DNA of 64,000 bases from Peribolospora baueri (Eukaryota): positions 1 to 64,000 of the forward strand of contig JAMDHS010000075.1 in the NCBI GenBank assembly GCA_029717555.1, written 5' to 3'. Positions 23,869 through 36,924 of this stretch are shown here, piece by piece. How positions within the stretch are numbered: position 1 is the first letter of the stretch; each line of letters starts with the position of its first letter. The notes below the pieces were generated by a model. It was not told the DNA's origin, did no database searches, and saw only the letters and a list, made by a program, of their open reading frames with translations. The position numbers and the translations under genes were made by a program.

Positions 23869-24054
23869 TTTCCATGAGTCGAACCTATCTGCTCGTCGTT
23901 CGTTGTTGGTAGTCGGAGACGGAGAATGCGAAATGATACGGGCGCGGGCCTTGTCTGCCGCAGCCTTTACGAGCGCTGGCTGCCGATCACGACGGCCGCC
24001 GCTGGAAAGGCGACGACGGACGGCCCATTCCGATCAGTCCGAGGTCCGTTCACG

Positions 24055-25047
24055 ATGGAGACGCACACCTTGCCCCATTTTCCGCCCCCCCTTTCCGTCG
24101 TGCATCTTGCCCTCTTCACTGACGTGACCAATGCGGCTGCGCTACGGTCCCGGCTGATCGCCGCTTCTACGATGGAGGGCGAGGAGGGCGAGAGGGAGAG
24201 GGAGGTGGTCAATTTTGCGTTTGTGGATGCCAAATTGGTGCGTCAAATGGGCATATTCCACAGCGATGTATTTGTTTTCCGCTGAGCTCGAGCACCGGCC
24301 GTCCGTGGAGCTGATGGACGTTTCAAATACCAGATCACTTCGAGACAACACATTCTCACCGCCGTGTACCAAGCAGTCCTGGCGGCGTCGAAAGGAGCGA
24401 TGCGGACGAAGACGGTGCACTCGGAGATCCTCTTCGCTCTCAATCCGAATATGAACGTGAGCGGCGACTGTGTTTTCTTTTGGGGGGGAAAGGGGGTTGA
24501 CTGGATTGCCCTTGTTGCCGACGGATTCGTATTCTCGCTCATTGACATTCCAGATCTCCGATGCGATTCGCCGTTTCGGCGCGTCTTCGAGCACCACTTC
24601 TCTTCTTGTTGTCCGAGTATGCGGGCCGGTGGTGGCGGAGGAAGGCCTCAGGGAAGGAACGACGACGGTGGACTGGGACTGCTTCACTCCCGAAGAGATG
24701 TATCGGAGAATGGCTCAAGCGGTGCAGGGCAGGCTGACCTCACTCGACGCTCTCGGCGTCGAGGCCGGCGAAGGGGGGTGCGTGACGGATTGGAATGGAG
24801 TCGAGAAGGTGAGGAGGGCACTCGTTATCGACGACGTGCATCGTTCATGCTCACAGCGTCGTTCCTCGCTTTTCCATCCTGATGCTGCTCGTGCCTGCTC
24901 CCGCGTTCACAGTGCTACAAAGTCGGTTCAGATCCAGTGTTTCGATTGCCGTTGGCAAACGAAAAGGAGGAAAAGGAGCAAAGTCGGAGAAGGACGGTGG
25001 ATCGGATCGTGACGAGCATCGTGGCTATGAAGGTCGCCGCCGCCTGA
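24055..25047 (+). CDS. CGI121: EKC/KEOPS complex subunit Cgi121 (multi-exon)
   Basis: VHLALFTDVTNAAALR, NFAFVDAKLI, MRTKTVHSEILFALNPNMNISDAIRRFG. Confidence 0.9.
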
Positions 25048-25926
25048 CGACGGTATGCGCGGGCCATCCGTCGGCGGACGGATGGACGGTCGGTCAGCAC
25101 GTCCGCTTGTGGAGCGACGGCATCACTCTTCCTGTTCGTCCTCCTCCTTCTTCCATGTCTATATGACATTCGGTTCTGGGAAGCCAACCCCACCTTGGCC
25201 CAAGACGCTCGTGATTTTCCTGTAGACAGACACATGATGTCTCTCGACAGGCCTGTGCGGACCTCGACATCGCCGTTAAGCGAGAGATTCTGTCTAGCCT
25301 GCGCCATATAAGAAACCAGGCCGGCCCCCGCCCGGTCTCGCCTCACTTCCTCTTGACAAAGTAGACGGTGAACGCAAACAGTGCCCGGATCTGCTCGCGC
25401 GCCGTCTTGTCTCCAGGCGGTGTCTGCCGCAGCCATGGGACGGCAAGGCAGCAGCGAGATGGGAGCGACGGAGAGCGGGTTAGGGAGGGAGGAAAGGACG
25501 AGATGGCAATTGAGTTACAGGTGATCTAGTGTAGCACAGGCGGCGGGCAGGCATGATTGGTGGTGAGCGCAAGGAAGGGAACTACGAGAGAACAGAGAAC
25601 AGAGCGAGGACGCGACAAGGTATGCGACGAAAGCGGACCCGGGTTTTGTCCGCCGCCACAGGAGTATGGGTAGCGACGGCCCGACGCGATGGGAGATATC
25701 AAAGCGACCTACGGCAGTTGGCCAATACGGATAGAGCGACCGGCGGGAGAGAGAAGAAAAAAAAAAAAAAGAAGTGCAAACTATACGGACCTGACCGTCG
25801 ACTCGCGACGAGGATGGGAAAAATCGAGAGATGAAACCGAAGGACATGGGAGCACAGACACAGCAATCGTCCAGAAACGCTTCCACCCTTTTCATGTCGG
25901 CCCGGCCCGTTAGGCGGCTCCCCACG

Positions 25927-28183
25927 CTACGCTGACGTCGTCCTTTCCCTCTCCTCCAACTCGGCCTTCTCAACGACGGCCATGATCTCCCTCTTCTCCG
26001 CTTCCTCCCTCATCACCCTCAGACAAATCCTGCACCGGCACTCGTATACTCGTTTCGTTGTCTCCTTCCACAACGCCACCAGCGCCAGCCGTGTCCCCGG
26101 TCCTACGTCGTCGATGCTCGCCGGGACGAGAGGGAGCCGAGACGTCCACGGTTGCACCGCTGCCGCCGCTCGTACCTCCGACTGGAGGACCTCTTGAGCG
26201 CCCATCTCTTTGTCGGACGCCATCTCTGGTGGTCCGCGCTCTGGCTCAACGCTTCGACCGTCCCCATTTGCTGATCCGCGCCGATCGGCGGCGTCCTTGC
26301 GGTCCCTGATGGCCCTCAGTCGAGGCAAATCAGCGGCAGTTCCGGGAGAGAGCCACCAACGAAGGTCTCTGAGTAGTTCGAGAAGATCCTCGTCGGTCAT
26401 CGCCTCTGCTGTAGCCACCGCCTCGTCTTGGGCTGAATCGAGCGTGGCGGCCACGTTGGCCAGTGTGGGTTTGATGACGCTCTCGAGCGCGCTCATAAAG
26501 GCAAATTCGATGTGCTTCACCGCCACCCAAGGAGGGAGCGGCGGTAGGGCAGGGCCCAAATGCGCTCCGGCGGCTGGCGAGGCGCCATTGACATCGACGT
26601 CAGGTATATTCGTTGCGGACGAAATGTCGATAGGCTGGGATCCGGGAGGGAGAGGGACGCGATGGAGATGGAGGCGGTCACGGAAGTGCAAAGTTTGCTC
26701 AGCCGCGTGGAACCAGTAACCTGCGTGGAATGGGAGGGAAAGATGTCAGAATGGGAAGGAGGACGGTGGGAAGAGAAGAACGCTAGCTAGCTAGCTCACC
26801 TTCTTTGATTCGGTTGACGCACCAATCCTCGAGGGCCATGGAGCGCACCGCCCTTTCTTCTTCGCCACCAGGTTCCAATTCATCGTCGCCGTCATCGTCG
26901 TCATCGTCGTCGTCGTCGTCTTCGTCGTCGTCGATGTAATCGTCCGTGTAACCGGCCAAATCCTCGTCCTCTTGCCCGTCGCCCTGCGGCGTCGTCCGCC
27001 TCGCCCATTTTCGCCCCTGAGCGGTGGCAGCCTTGGTGGCCTCCTTTTCGAGGCGCAACTGGACGCGGGCCTGCTCCTCGAATTCGTCGTACTTTGTGTT
27101 GCGCTGAAGCCAGAGCGTGAAGAGGAGGTCGGACACGACGTCCTGCGCCGTGCCCATGGCACACTGAATGTAGTACGCGTACGGCTGATGTGCCCTCAAG
27201 TCATGGCCGGTCAAGCCGCCGATCTGGCGGATGGTCGCGGTTTCCCTGGCGAGGAGGCCGCAGAACGTGTCCTCTCGGCATAGTGTGCACGTGATCCACG
27301 CCTCTGGCCAGGCGGGATCTTGCCAGGGCGCTTTGGAGAGCCCCTGCTCAGTGAGACAGATGGAGCTGGGCGAGGGGATGGGCACGTCAGCGTGGGAGGG
27401 TCGGCAAGGGGCCGCGGGGAAATGCCTAAGCAAGCAAGGACGCACCAATGGTCACGCCTTCCTTTAAAGTGCCTGACGCACATGGCCGTCGCACCCAGCG
27501 CCCTCGTCCTGCCCCAATACAGGCTGTCTCGGGCGGCGGGGGACGAGTCGCCATTGACGGCACAGATCCAACAAGACTGGCCGGCGATGATGGCGGCGTG
27601 ATGAAAATTGAAAACGACGCGAGGTTGTGTGGGCGGCGCGGGGTCCAAGGCGGTTGCGAGGTAATTCCAATACTGAAGTTGATCGGCTGTATGCGCATGC
27701 GCACGGGCCGCCGGTCAGGCAAGGATCTTGACGTGGACACGACACAGACAACTCACCGACGGACTTCCAGGCCTTGCAGACCCTTCGTAGGGACGCGACC
27801 CATCTGCGAATGAAGAGGAGGCGATAGATCCAAGCTCCGCGACGGGGCCAGGGGATGTAAGCGTCTGGGTGGGTGCGCTTTTGAACGATGCCGGGGAGGA
27901 AGCCGTAAGGGTCGGCGGGACGGGCAGCGTCGGGACCGGGTGCGGAGGGGAGCCATTCGAGAAGGTCTTCGTAGTAGATGTCGAAAATGCGTCGGAGGGT
28001 CTCGTGGGGCAAGGAGGCGGCGGGTTGGGCGCAAGTTGCCTTTCCGGCGGCATGAGAGGGGGCGACGTAGGAAGGGGTGGAGGAAGTGGAGCGGGGCTCG
28101 GAGCGGGCGACGGGGTCGGAGGAAACGGTGGAGGAGGGAGGTAGGGAGGCGGTTGGGACGGCGGTGGGGATGGGGTCCTCCAT
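25927..28183 (-). CDS. Hypothetical multi-exon protein with an F-box-like N-terminal motif, acidic tract and Cys motifs
   Basis: Four consecutive minus-strand coding blocks joined by GT-AG introns; SLPHETLRRIF...LRRVCKAW resembles a degenerate F-box; poly-Asp run; C-terminal CRCRIC. Confidence 0.6.
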
Positions 28184-29218
28184 GATGAAGATGTGAAAAG
28201 GCAAAAAGGAAGGGGGAGGTGGTCGACGTCGACGTCACGGCCGACGTGATCGACGGTCAACGCGCCTGACGGGCCTCGAGAAGTGATCGAAGCGACCGCG
28301 AGTGCGGCTGCGACTGCGGCTTGTCCCCACGGTCATTTGCACGGTGAGCGAGGGAGCGGAAGGAGATGGGGAAGATACGAGGTGGAGTGGAGGAGATAAG
28401 GAAAAGGTGGATCGGACTATGACGATCGGAATTGGATCCCGACGACGTCCGTCTGTCTGTATGTCGAGACTACCCTTCGGTTTTGCCTAACCATGGTTCA
28501 CCTCGTGTGAAAGACGGTGGTGACGGGACGAGCATGTACGGTCGAGTCGGCCGCGATGGCGTCTGACTACGGTTGCGAGGATGACGGAATACGGGATGGG
28601 CGGCAGAGTCGGGAAGGGTTAGGGTGCTCCTGCTCCGGTCGAGTCGACCAGGCTGAACTGGAACGCTGTTGCGGGTCGGAGGCCGGGCCGAGCCTACAAT
28701 TACGCTCGGGTGTGGCCACGTCGTCGAGGTCGGCGTGGGAGTTTGTCGGCGTGGACAAGGCCGAGGAGAAGGAGGGCTGACCTGGACTCGCACCGTCATT
28801 TCATTTCATTTCATTTCCCCTTATTGTTCCACCCCGCACTCGCTCCCGCTCCCGCGCAGCCGCAGTCCACCCGGCTTATCGGTTTCGGTTTTGGTTTTGG
28901 TTTTAGTTTCGGCGCGGGCCCGTGCTGTCTTGTCTGTCCATGTCCTGTGCGTTCGCCCTGAGCTGGTCTGTGCAGAGGCAAGGAGGTGTGGTGTGGTGTC
29001 ATGCTCTGGCACGCCATCATGGCACAATTGGCGCTCGCTGGTCACTGAGTCGCTCAACGTCGTCCACGTCGTTCTCATTCATCTCATCTCATCTTCCCTC
29101 GTTATCTCTCCTCTCCGCTCATCTCACCCCCGCCCCCTACTTATACCCTCCCCTCCTCTCTGCCACCGACTTGCCCTCCCATCCGCCCTTCCACATCACA
29201 TCGCCCAACAAAACACAA

Positions 29219-29725
29219 ATGGACCACGACGTCAGCCAGGTGCGTCCCCTCCATCCAATCTCCCCTCTTCTCCCCTCCCTCTAACCCTCCCGCTCGCCCA
29301 TCTCCCAGCTTTCCTGCTGCCGCCCCGCTACCCCGGCCCGAACGCCCCAGCCCGTCGAGGCGCCTCGCACGCCTCGCACCAACAAGGACCCTTGTCCCAA
29401 TAACAGGCTCGTCCCTCTCTCCTCCCTTGACCGCTATGCCCTCTACCGTCGGTCTAAGCAATACTCAATCCCTCTTTCTCCATCTTGCCCCTCCTCACAG
29501 GTGCCGGTGGTGCGTCGCTTTCCTCTTGCCTCTTCCTCACCCCCCACCGCGAGAGCGCCCTCACGCAGTCCTCACTCGTCCTCTCCCCCACCCTTCCTCC
29601 ACCACAGCAAGCCCAAGTACGGCCACGGGTGCACCTGCGAGCCCTGCAAGTGCGACTTTTCCGACTGGAAGACATCCGTCTTACCAGGCTGCGACACCGA
29701 GACGGCGCCTGCCCCACCTCGTTGA
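29219..29725 (+). CDS. Candidate small Cys-rich (metallothionein-like) protein built from micro-exons
   Basis: ACACAAATG start; exon MDHDVSQ|GTGCGT; 9-nt exon 29501-29509 (CAG|...|GTGCGT); last exon from 29608 encoding KPKYGHGCTCEPCKCDF...GC. Frame between exons 1 and 2 is unresolved. Confidence 0.4.
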
Positions 29726-29835
29726 TCTGTCCCAACGCTATTATAGCCATACCCCGCCGTCCTTACCTCTCTCCGTCTATCACCGTACCGTGTCCTGTCC
29801 TGTCCTGTCCTGTCGTATCGATCAGCCCCGTAGTG

Positions 29836-30056
29836 CCCATTTCTGCTCCATACAACCACTCACAGCAAAACAACACAACTCAACATACTGCACAATGTTG
29901 AGTTGTGTTGTTTTGCTGTGAGTGGCAGAAATGGGTGTAGGACGAGCAAGCTACCTCACGATATAAATCGCAAGTAAGCCCTCAGAAAAGTTGGTAATTT
30001 GTGTTGTGTGTTGTGGTGTTGTTTTGCTGTGAGTGGTTGTATGGAGCAGAAATGGG
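29836..30056. mobile_element. Non-autonomous foldback/MITE A with CCC...GGG termini and a duplicated right end
   Basis: TIR CCCATTTCTGCTCCATACAACCACTCACAGCAAAACAACAC with its reverse complement ending at 30056; perfect 31-bp inner hairpin 29856-29925; TG on both flanks (possible 2-bp TSD). Confidence 0.75.
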
Positions 30057-30094
30057 TGTAGGACGAGCAAGCTATCTCACGATATAAATCGCCG

Positions 30095-30393
30095 CCATAG
30101 TAATTTTACCAACTTTTCTGAAAGAAGACCATTCCGCTCATGCAAGTCGCATCCGCTATGGTTAACTCTGAAGCTGCTATGGCGGTTGTTGGCGTGCACA
30201 ACAACCGCCAACAACCGCCATAGTTGTGCACAACCGCCAACAACCGCCATAATTGTGCACAACCGCCAACAACCGCCATAGCAGTGCACAACCGCCAACA
30301 ACCGCCATAGCAGCTTCAGAGTTAACCATAGCGGATGCGACTTGCATGAGCGGAATGGTCTTCTTTCAGAAAAGTTGGTAAAATTACTATGGG
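30095..30393. mobile_element. Non-autonomous foldback/MITE B: 100-bp perfect TIRs around 29-bp tandem repeats
   Basis: 30095-30194 is the reverse complement of 30293-30392; the interior has ~4 copies of GTGCACAACCGCCAACAACCGCCATA(G/A)NN. Confidence 0.85.
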
Positions 30394-30877
30394 AGCTTCC
30401 ATGTATCTCATCCCGCTCCCTAACCCGAATCGAATCGAATCGAAGCGAATCAAAGCGAGCAAAGGTACGCTTCAGCGATCCCATTCGGGCAGAGAGACGG
30501 ACATGAGCAGTAGCACCAGCAGCAGAACGGGCCGCCCCAGCAACTCGACTACCGCGGAGCCGTGTCTTCCCTTTCCACGCTCTTCCATCCGTCCGTACGT
30601 CCACGCAGAGAACGAAAGGGAAACGAGAAAGTACGGAACGCATGTCTGGAGATGACTCGCGTTTGCGAGGCTGATGAACGAACAGACGGACAGAGCGAAA
30701 CGGACGTCGACGGACGGACCGGCTACACCGACCTTGCCATGCTTGCACCGTACTCGTACTCGTACACGCGCGACCACTCGCACTCCCCCCAAATCGTTCG
30801 AACCGAATGGCGATCGCCTCGCCTTTTTTTAATTTCTTTTCCTCCCCGCCTCCCTCCGCCGCATCGCATCCGCTACG

Positions 30878-32046
30878 CTACGCTTCAGCCACGGGCGCCC
30901 TAGCGGCAAAACGGACGACGAGCTTCTTGCCGTCCTTATCGAGCAAAAAGCCGTCCAGGGCCTCCTTGGCCACCGAAGCTTGCGAAGCGTTATCGAATTC
31001 GATAAACGCGTACGCAAATGGAGGTGTGCGTGCCCGCGACGCTGGGAACACAGTCACCGAACGGTAGCCCGGGTACTGTTGGAAGAGTACAGCCAGCATG
31101 TCGTCCGTCACCTCCGACGGCACGTTCGGCGAGAACAGCGTCGGCCCCTCCGCTTCTCCCGCCGACGGCAGTGGTGGTCCCACCGGCGCCGGTGCGACGG
31201 CTGCAGACGCCGCTGCCTCGGCCGGCCCGGGCCCGGGTGGTGGCGAGCCCGTGTCCGAGTCTTCCTCCATGGGCTCTGTGCGAAGAAAGCACGCATGTGA
31301 GCTAAACGTGCGTTCCCGATCGCTCCGCCCGTCGAGCAGCAAAGAGAATCCTCACCCTCCTCGTCGTCCCCGTTCTCCTCCGGCTTGATCTTCTTCACCT
31401 CCCTGCCCGCCTCTTCCTCTTCCTCTTCCTCCTCCTCCCCCTCCCCCGCCTCGTCGCGCATCCTCTTCCCCTTGGCATCCGCTTGTGCGCTGCTCATCGT
31501 CACCTTCTGCGTCACCTTGGGCGCGCCGCCTTTGAGCAACGTCGGGTCAAACGCCGCCTCGGGCCCCAGCTCTTCAATCAACGCCGCTTTGGACTTGGTT
31601 CGGGCGTAGTCGATTGACTGGGACGAGAAACGAGACGGACGGAGGGAGATGAGCCGCTCATTCGGGGCACACATCTCCCACATGCCCAACTGACGCCCAC
31701 AGCAATGCATAAGAAAAGAAAACTTACAAGAGGAGAATCGTAGAACTCAAACCCCTCTAAGCCGCGCATCGCGGCGGTGGCGCTCTGGAGATCTCGGAAG
31801 ACGACGAACGCTTGCCCCCTCATCCCGTCGGCTCTAGTGGCGACCACATCGAGCACCTTTCCATAGGTGGAGAAGAGAGAGTAGAGCTGCCGCCGAAGCT
31901 CTGCATGGACGCGGAGAGGCGGAGCCGTCAGCCTGCGCCGTCCCGTCGGCCGGGCAGAGAGAGGAGAGTGAAAACGTACCGGGCTTCTTGACCTTGGTGT
32001 TGATATTCTTGACGTACAACGACTGATTTGGTTGTGCCGTCGGCAT
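30878..32046 (-). CDS. U1A/U2B'' (SNRPA/SNRPB2-like) snRNP protein with two RRMs (multi-exon)
   Basis: [38 protein letters not shown]...MRGQAFVVF...IDYARTKS; second RRM LAVLFQQYPG..AFIEF..AKEALDGF. Confidence 0.9.
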
Positions 32047-33028
32047 GGTGGGAGGGGACGAGACGAGGCGTGAATGGGCGGGCGTGCGGCTGGCTGAGCT
32101 CCACCGACTCTCTTCTTCTTCTTCTTCTTCTACTTCTCCTTCTGCTGATGGGCTGGGGTGGGCGGTGGAGGAGGATGGCCGAACGGAGGAGGATGCGACA
32201 CCAAGTTCCTTCCAAATCCTACTCGGTCTGTCCGCCGCTCGCTCGCTCGGCGCGATCGCCGGAGAGGAATGGGAGGCGTGGGAGTCGGGCACGTGCGCGG
32301 AGACGACATGATCGAGCGAGCCCTCGCTGCTACTCTCCTCTCCTCTCCTCTCCTCGGGACGAATATCTTGCTTTCTCTCCGCTTCGTGTGCTCTTCGAGC
32401 GAGATGTGAGGATCAAAGGGCGGCTAGGCGAGGAGAGCAGAGTGATCTATGTGCCTGCTTCTGCTTGTGTGTTGTCAGTCGGCTGCCGTCCGTCTGTTGT
32501 CAGTCGTCTGCACCTGCGCGTCATTTACGCGCACACGCGACGTCGGCTGTTGGGACCGAACGACGAGCGCTGAGAAGAAGAGAGAAGGGAAGGATGTTTG
32601 CAAAGATGCCGAGCCGTGGCCAGCCCACTAACGTCATCCTCGCCCGCCCGAGCGTTGTCGACGACCCACCAGCGTCGACTCGGCCAACGTCCTCGTCGTC
32701 CTCCACCGTCCCTCCTCGCCATGCCCGCCATCGGCGCCTTCGTGTCTCTTTCCACTTGGCCATTTGCACCCTCCTCAGCGTCTTCCTAACCCTCATTCCC
32801 TCCCTCATTCTTTGCCTCCTTTTCCTTGCTTGTATCCGGCCCTTTTCCGCAAGCGAGCCTGACATCCTCTTTGTCGGATACTTTTCCTCTCACCTTCCCT
32901 CCTACTTTCTCCTCCGCACAGCTCAGGCGCGGTGCCCAATCTGGCCGCCCTTCCGCGCATCATTGATCTCGCTTCGACTCCCCCATTCTTTTGTCCTTCA
33001 CGTTTCGGCGGCGGTGCCGACGCCGAAC

Positions 33029-36017
33029 ATGGCCGCCGCCGCCGGCCAAGAAAAGCCTCCCGCGACCTTTGCCTCCATCGTCAAGCTCTTCGACCGCGTC
33101 CTCGCGGCGCCTTCTGTCGACAAGTGGCGCTTCCTCGACCTGCTCACGGCTCAGGCCGGCCCGATCGACGCTTCTGACACATTACATGCTAAAGTGGCCG
33201 ACAGCGACGCTTTCAGTGCTGTTTGTAATCTCGACGGACGCGAGCGCGTTGGTTTCAATATTCCGACCCAGCAGCCAGCTCCCGCGAACGAAGCACACCA
33301 AGGTCATCAGGTTGGCCCCTTACCAGCAGAGGCTAGTCTGGACGACGGGGGCGCTGTCGATTTTCCCCGCTCCGATCACAGGCCCCTCTCTATGAATGTC
33401 TCCCCGACCATTCCTCGCTCCTACCCGTTCTCTCAAGATCCTCCCCCTTCCCTGGGCATTTGCGTACCTGTGCTCCCTAGTTTCGCCCCTCTTCAGCGCT
33501 CGTCAGAGCGCACTAGCGGAGAGTGCCGGCCTGCGAGCCCAGAGCAAGTCCTTTCTCACGCATCAACGCCCTCGAATGTCACCGATGACGAGGAGAAGGG
33601 CGCATACAGCCACCCCGACTGCACTAAGACCATTGCGCCGACCCCCTCGATTTCGGTACGACCGGACGTGCTCATTCCGGAACCCTCCAGCCGCCCTGTC
33701 GACTCTGACAAGTTAACGCGCTCTCCCGGCCTGATGGGTGAAGACGGCTTATCTAGTGTGGGCGTTCGAACTCAAGATGAGAGTGAGTTTTATCGTCGAT
33801 GCCGCTTGTCTAAAGAGAGTGCGCCGACCGGTTGAAGTCTAAATACAACTTCGTCCATTCCTGCTAGGGTCTATCATCGACGCAACCACACCATCATCTT
33901 GCTCACTTCCTCCCATCCGGGAAGATGAGCCAGGATCAAGCGCGCCCGAATTGGACGACGCAAGCCATAATCGAGGCCATCCCGCGTCCATGGGCGGCCT
34001 TCTTCCGGCCGAGCGCGCCGCTTTCTCTTCTCTCGCCAAGCATACCACCGTCGAAGCACTTCGCCACCTCGTCTCACGCGCCGTGCGCGCCGACCGCTCC
34101 GGCGAGGCATTCAGGAAACTCAGGACAATATATGGCCCTTCAGTATGCGATAAGGGCAAGGGCCGCGCACGGCCGAGGAGCGCACAGACATTCATTGTGC
34201 CACCCGAGATCGGGTCTTACTGGTTAAAGGAGCTCGGCTCCCTCATCGCGTCTCTGACCGGCATCGAAGCCTTCCCCGCCGACGAGGTCACATTGCTAGA
34301 CGTCGGCGACTTATTTTTGGTGTACGGGGAAAGCGACAAGGCGTATGACACGCTGGTTCGCCTCGTCGGCCGCGGCATCCGCCGCCTTCTCGAAGGTTCC
34401 GATCCTGCTCCTCACCCGGACCTCCCGGCAAAAGTAAAGCCCTCTTCCAGCGACTATGACATCGCCGTCTTTCTCACTGGAAAGCTCTACTCCTTCGCCG
34501 CCCGCCATCCGTTACGATTTTGCCTCTCCGCCGATGAAATACTGGACGATATCTCCGAGCCGATGCAGCTGCTCGTGGCGGAAATTATCTCCATGCTTCC
34601 TGCAAATACCTCCAGATGTAAAACTGCCGCGGCTACCGTCCCCGTCGATCCACTGGCCATGAATCGACCCGAGGTTGCGGAGCTGACCAGGGGCACCGCA
34701 GACGACGTCGCTGCCCACGCACTGAGGCACCTCATAGGGGAGAACATTCTGCAGCTAGTCCCGGACCACATCCGGCCACAGAGGACGGAGTCAGCGCAGA
34801 AAGAAGACTCAGATCAGGGAAACGGATCAATGGTATCGCAGCTCCACGCCTCCATCCCACCCACACCTGCACCCGCCTTGGGCAATCCGCCATCGGGCGC
34901 CGAGCGCATCGCCGATCTCTCCCGTCTCCTCCTCGCTCCGGAGCCCGGGAGCGTGCACCGACCGCAGGCGCTCGAGAGCCTCTTCCACCTACCGCCCAAT
35001 TCCGGCGAGGCGGGACTGGACTACCAGTACTTGGTTTGGAAGGACTTTCGCCCGAGGAACGAGGGACAGGCCGAGTTGCGTGCTGGATATCGCGCTTGGG
35101 TGCAGCAGTGCGGCGCCACGGGGTGGGCTATCGTGGTTTTGGATAAGGACTGGAGGTGGACGTGGGACGATGCAAGCCGTGGCTGCGTTATAACGGAGAA
35201 AAAGGTCAAGGCGGGTGAGGTGGCGGTCGCAAAGTCGACCTCCGTCGAGGGTGGACAGAAAACGACACCGGGAAAGGTGTCTCCTCGACTCGACTATCTC
35301 TGGGCGCCCGTGCACTGTTTCGTCCACTACAAGAAGTACCTCAACACCGAGATCATGATGTGGATGCGCGAACACAAACCTCCCGTTGGCTGGTTCGGAA
35401 ATGCTCGCTACAAAGCCCCGGCGGAGTGGCATCCGCACTTGCCTCCTCGCATTCCGACGCTCGCAGAGCGCTTGAGTTGGCACATAAGAGCCGTCGATGT
35501 CAGCGCGCTTGGAGGGTTGTGGAAGTTTGCCCAGTTTGACCCGGTTTTCTTCCAGCCATACCCCCCTTGCCCGACGTCCAAGCCCAGACTCCGATCGGGC
35601 CTTGTCGAACCCACACCGCAGCCGTACTCCTACCCAACGGGTCCCCACCGCTTCTCGTCGAACAGCGCCACTATCACTGTGGCGGGAAACGTGCTCTGGA
35701 GCCATCGTGGCAGTTTCGCTTTCGTCCCTGCACAGCACTCTTTGCCGTCTGGATCGACTTGCAGGTCTCAGCTCGGACGCGTCGCCGTCCAAAAGACGCG
35801 GAAAAATAAAGGCAAAAAGGGTAGACGCAAGGCGACGGGCGGAGTGGGCACGCAAGGCTCCGTTGGCGCACGAAAGAAGGAGCGCAAAGAGGCTGACGAG
35901 GCCGAGGGCGAAGGCGACGCGGCGGCTTGCGGCGCAGGAAAAGATGAGCTGTTGGATGACCGAATGCTGTCGCGCTTGAGGGACTCTTTCGCCTCGCTCC
36001 TTCATGAGCTCTCGTAA
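33029..36017 (+). CDS. Hypothetical ~967-aa protein; two exons, intron 33783-33867
   Basis: A GTGAGT..CTAG intron joins ORFs 32465-33835 and 33951-36017 in frame; no domain recognised; basic C-terminal stretch (KTRKNKGKKGRRK). Confidence 0.65.
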
Positions 36018-36924
36018 CCGCCCGCGGTCCTCACTGCGCTGATCTCGCTCCGACTCGCAACGTACCCACGGCATCACTCTTCTCTCGTCTTTGTTCCTTC
36101 CGATCCGTCATGCACCAGCAACAGTCCCGCCTGCACAGGTCGTTTGACGCGCTCACAAATCTCGTTCTGTTTCCCATTTATCTCGGTTTCTCGTCTTCTC
36201 ACATGCATACCTCGAATCGGCACCTGTCCGTCTCGTCTACTTTTTTCTCATCCTGTGTCACCCCGTCGATCAGTCATTCCTCATCCGCCCGCCTCTCCGT
36301 AGAATTACCGATTCATCAGAACCGCCGTCCCATTCGCATTCAGCGAGTCTCCACCGAGACGTCAAAGGCGCAATATCGTTTGTAGACATTGTATCATACC
36401 CACTTTGGCATCCAGTCAAGTCCTACACAATTCCAATCCAATGCCGCATGATTCAATCATTGTAGATGTAGAGAGGGTGTGTAAGTAGAAGCACCCGTCC
36501 GAGGTTTGGCACGTCGGTGGGCAGGTGAGAATAGCATCTCGTACAGAGCTGGTCGTCTCTCGCGTCCCGCACGCGCAGAGGAGAGAGCTCTTTGCCCAGA
36601 AGCTGCCGTCCGTCTTCCCCAAGCCCCGTCCGCCATCTGGCCCTATATTCCTTTGCCCATCATCCCCTGTCCGACATTTAACGACCTGAAGAGACCTCGC
36701 GCCGAAATGGAGAGTGAGCCGAAACTCGAGGGACGGAAAGACAGAAGAGGGGATTTCGGGACGGAATTCGTCCGTGGGCTGCCATTCATCGTTCCTATCG
36801 TACACTCTTTCGCCCTTTAGCACTAAATCTGCGAGGCGAGTGCTGTCCCGCCGACAGCCCCATCTCTACCCCTTCCCTACCCCGTCATCCCCTGCCGTGG
36901 CGTGCTAGTTCATGCTCGCGTCCG

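Noticed and set aside
23869..24054. Short divergent promoter between GCN20 and CGI121 (also LST8/MRPL3 and EDE1/Pex14-like)
   Set aside because: Ordinary for compact fungal genomes.
30195..30312. 29-bp tandem repeats as a CRISPR array
   Set aside because: No unique spacers, eukaryotic context, and the repeats lie inside a TIR element.
30667..30715. CTGATGA...CGAAAC..GTC as a second hammerhead
   Set aside because: Stem I and stem II do not pair.
30077..30748. ORFs 30033-30281 (+) and 30077-30748 (-) sharing an identical peptide
   Set aside because: Artefact of translating both arms of the palindrome.
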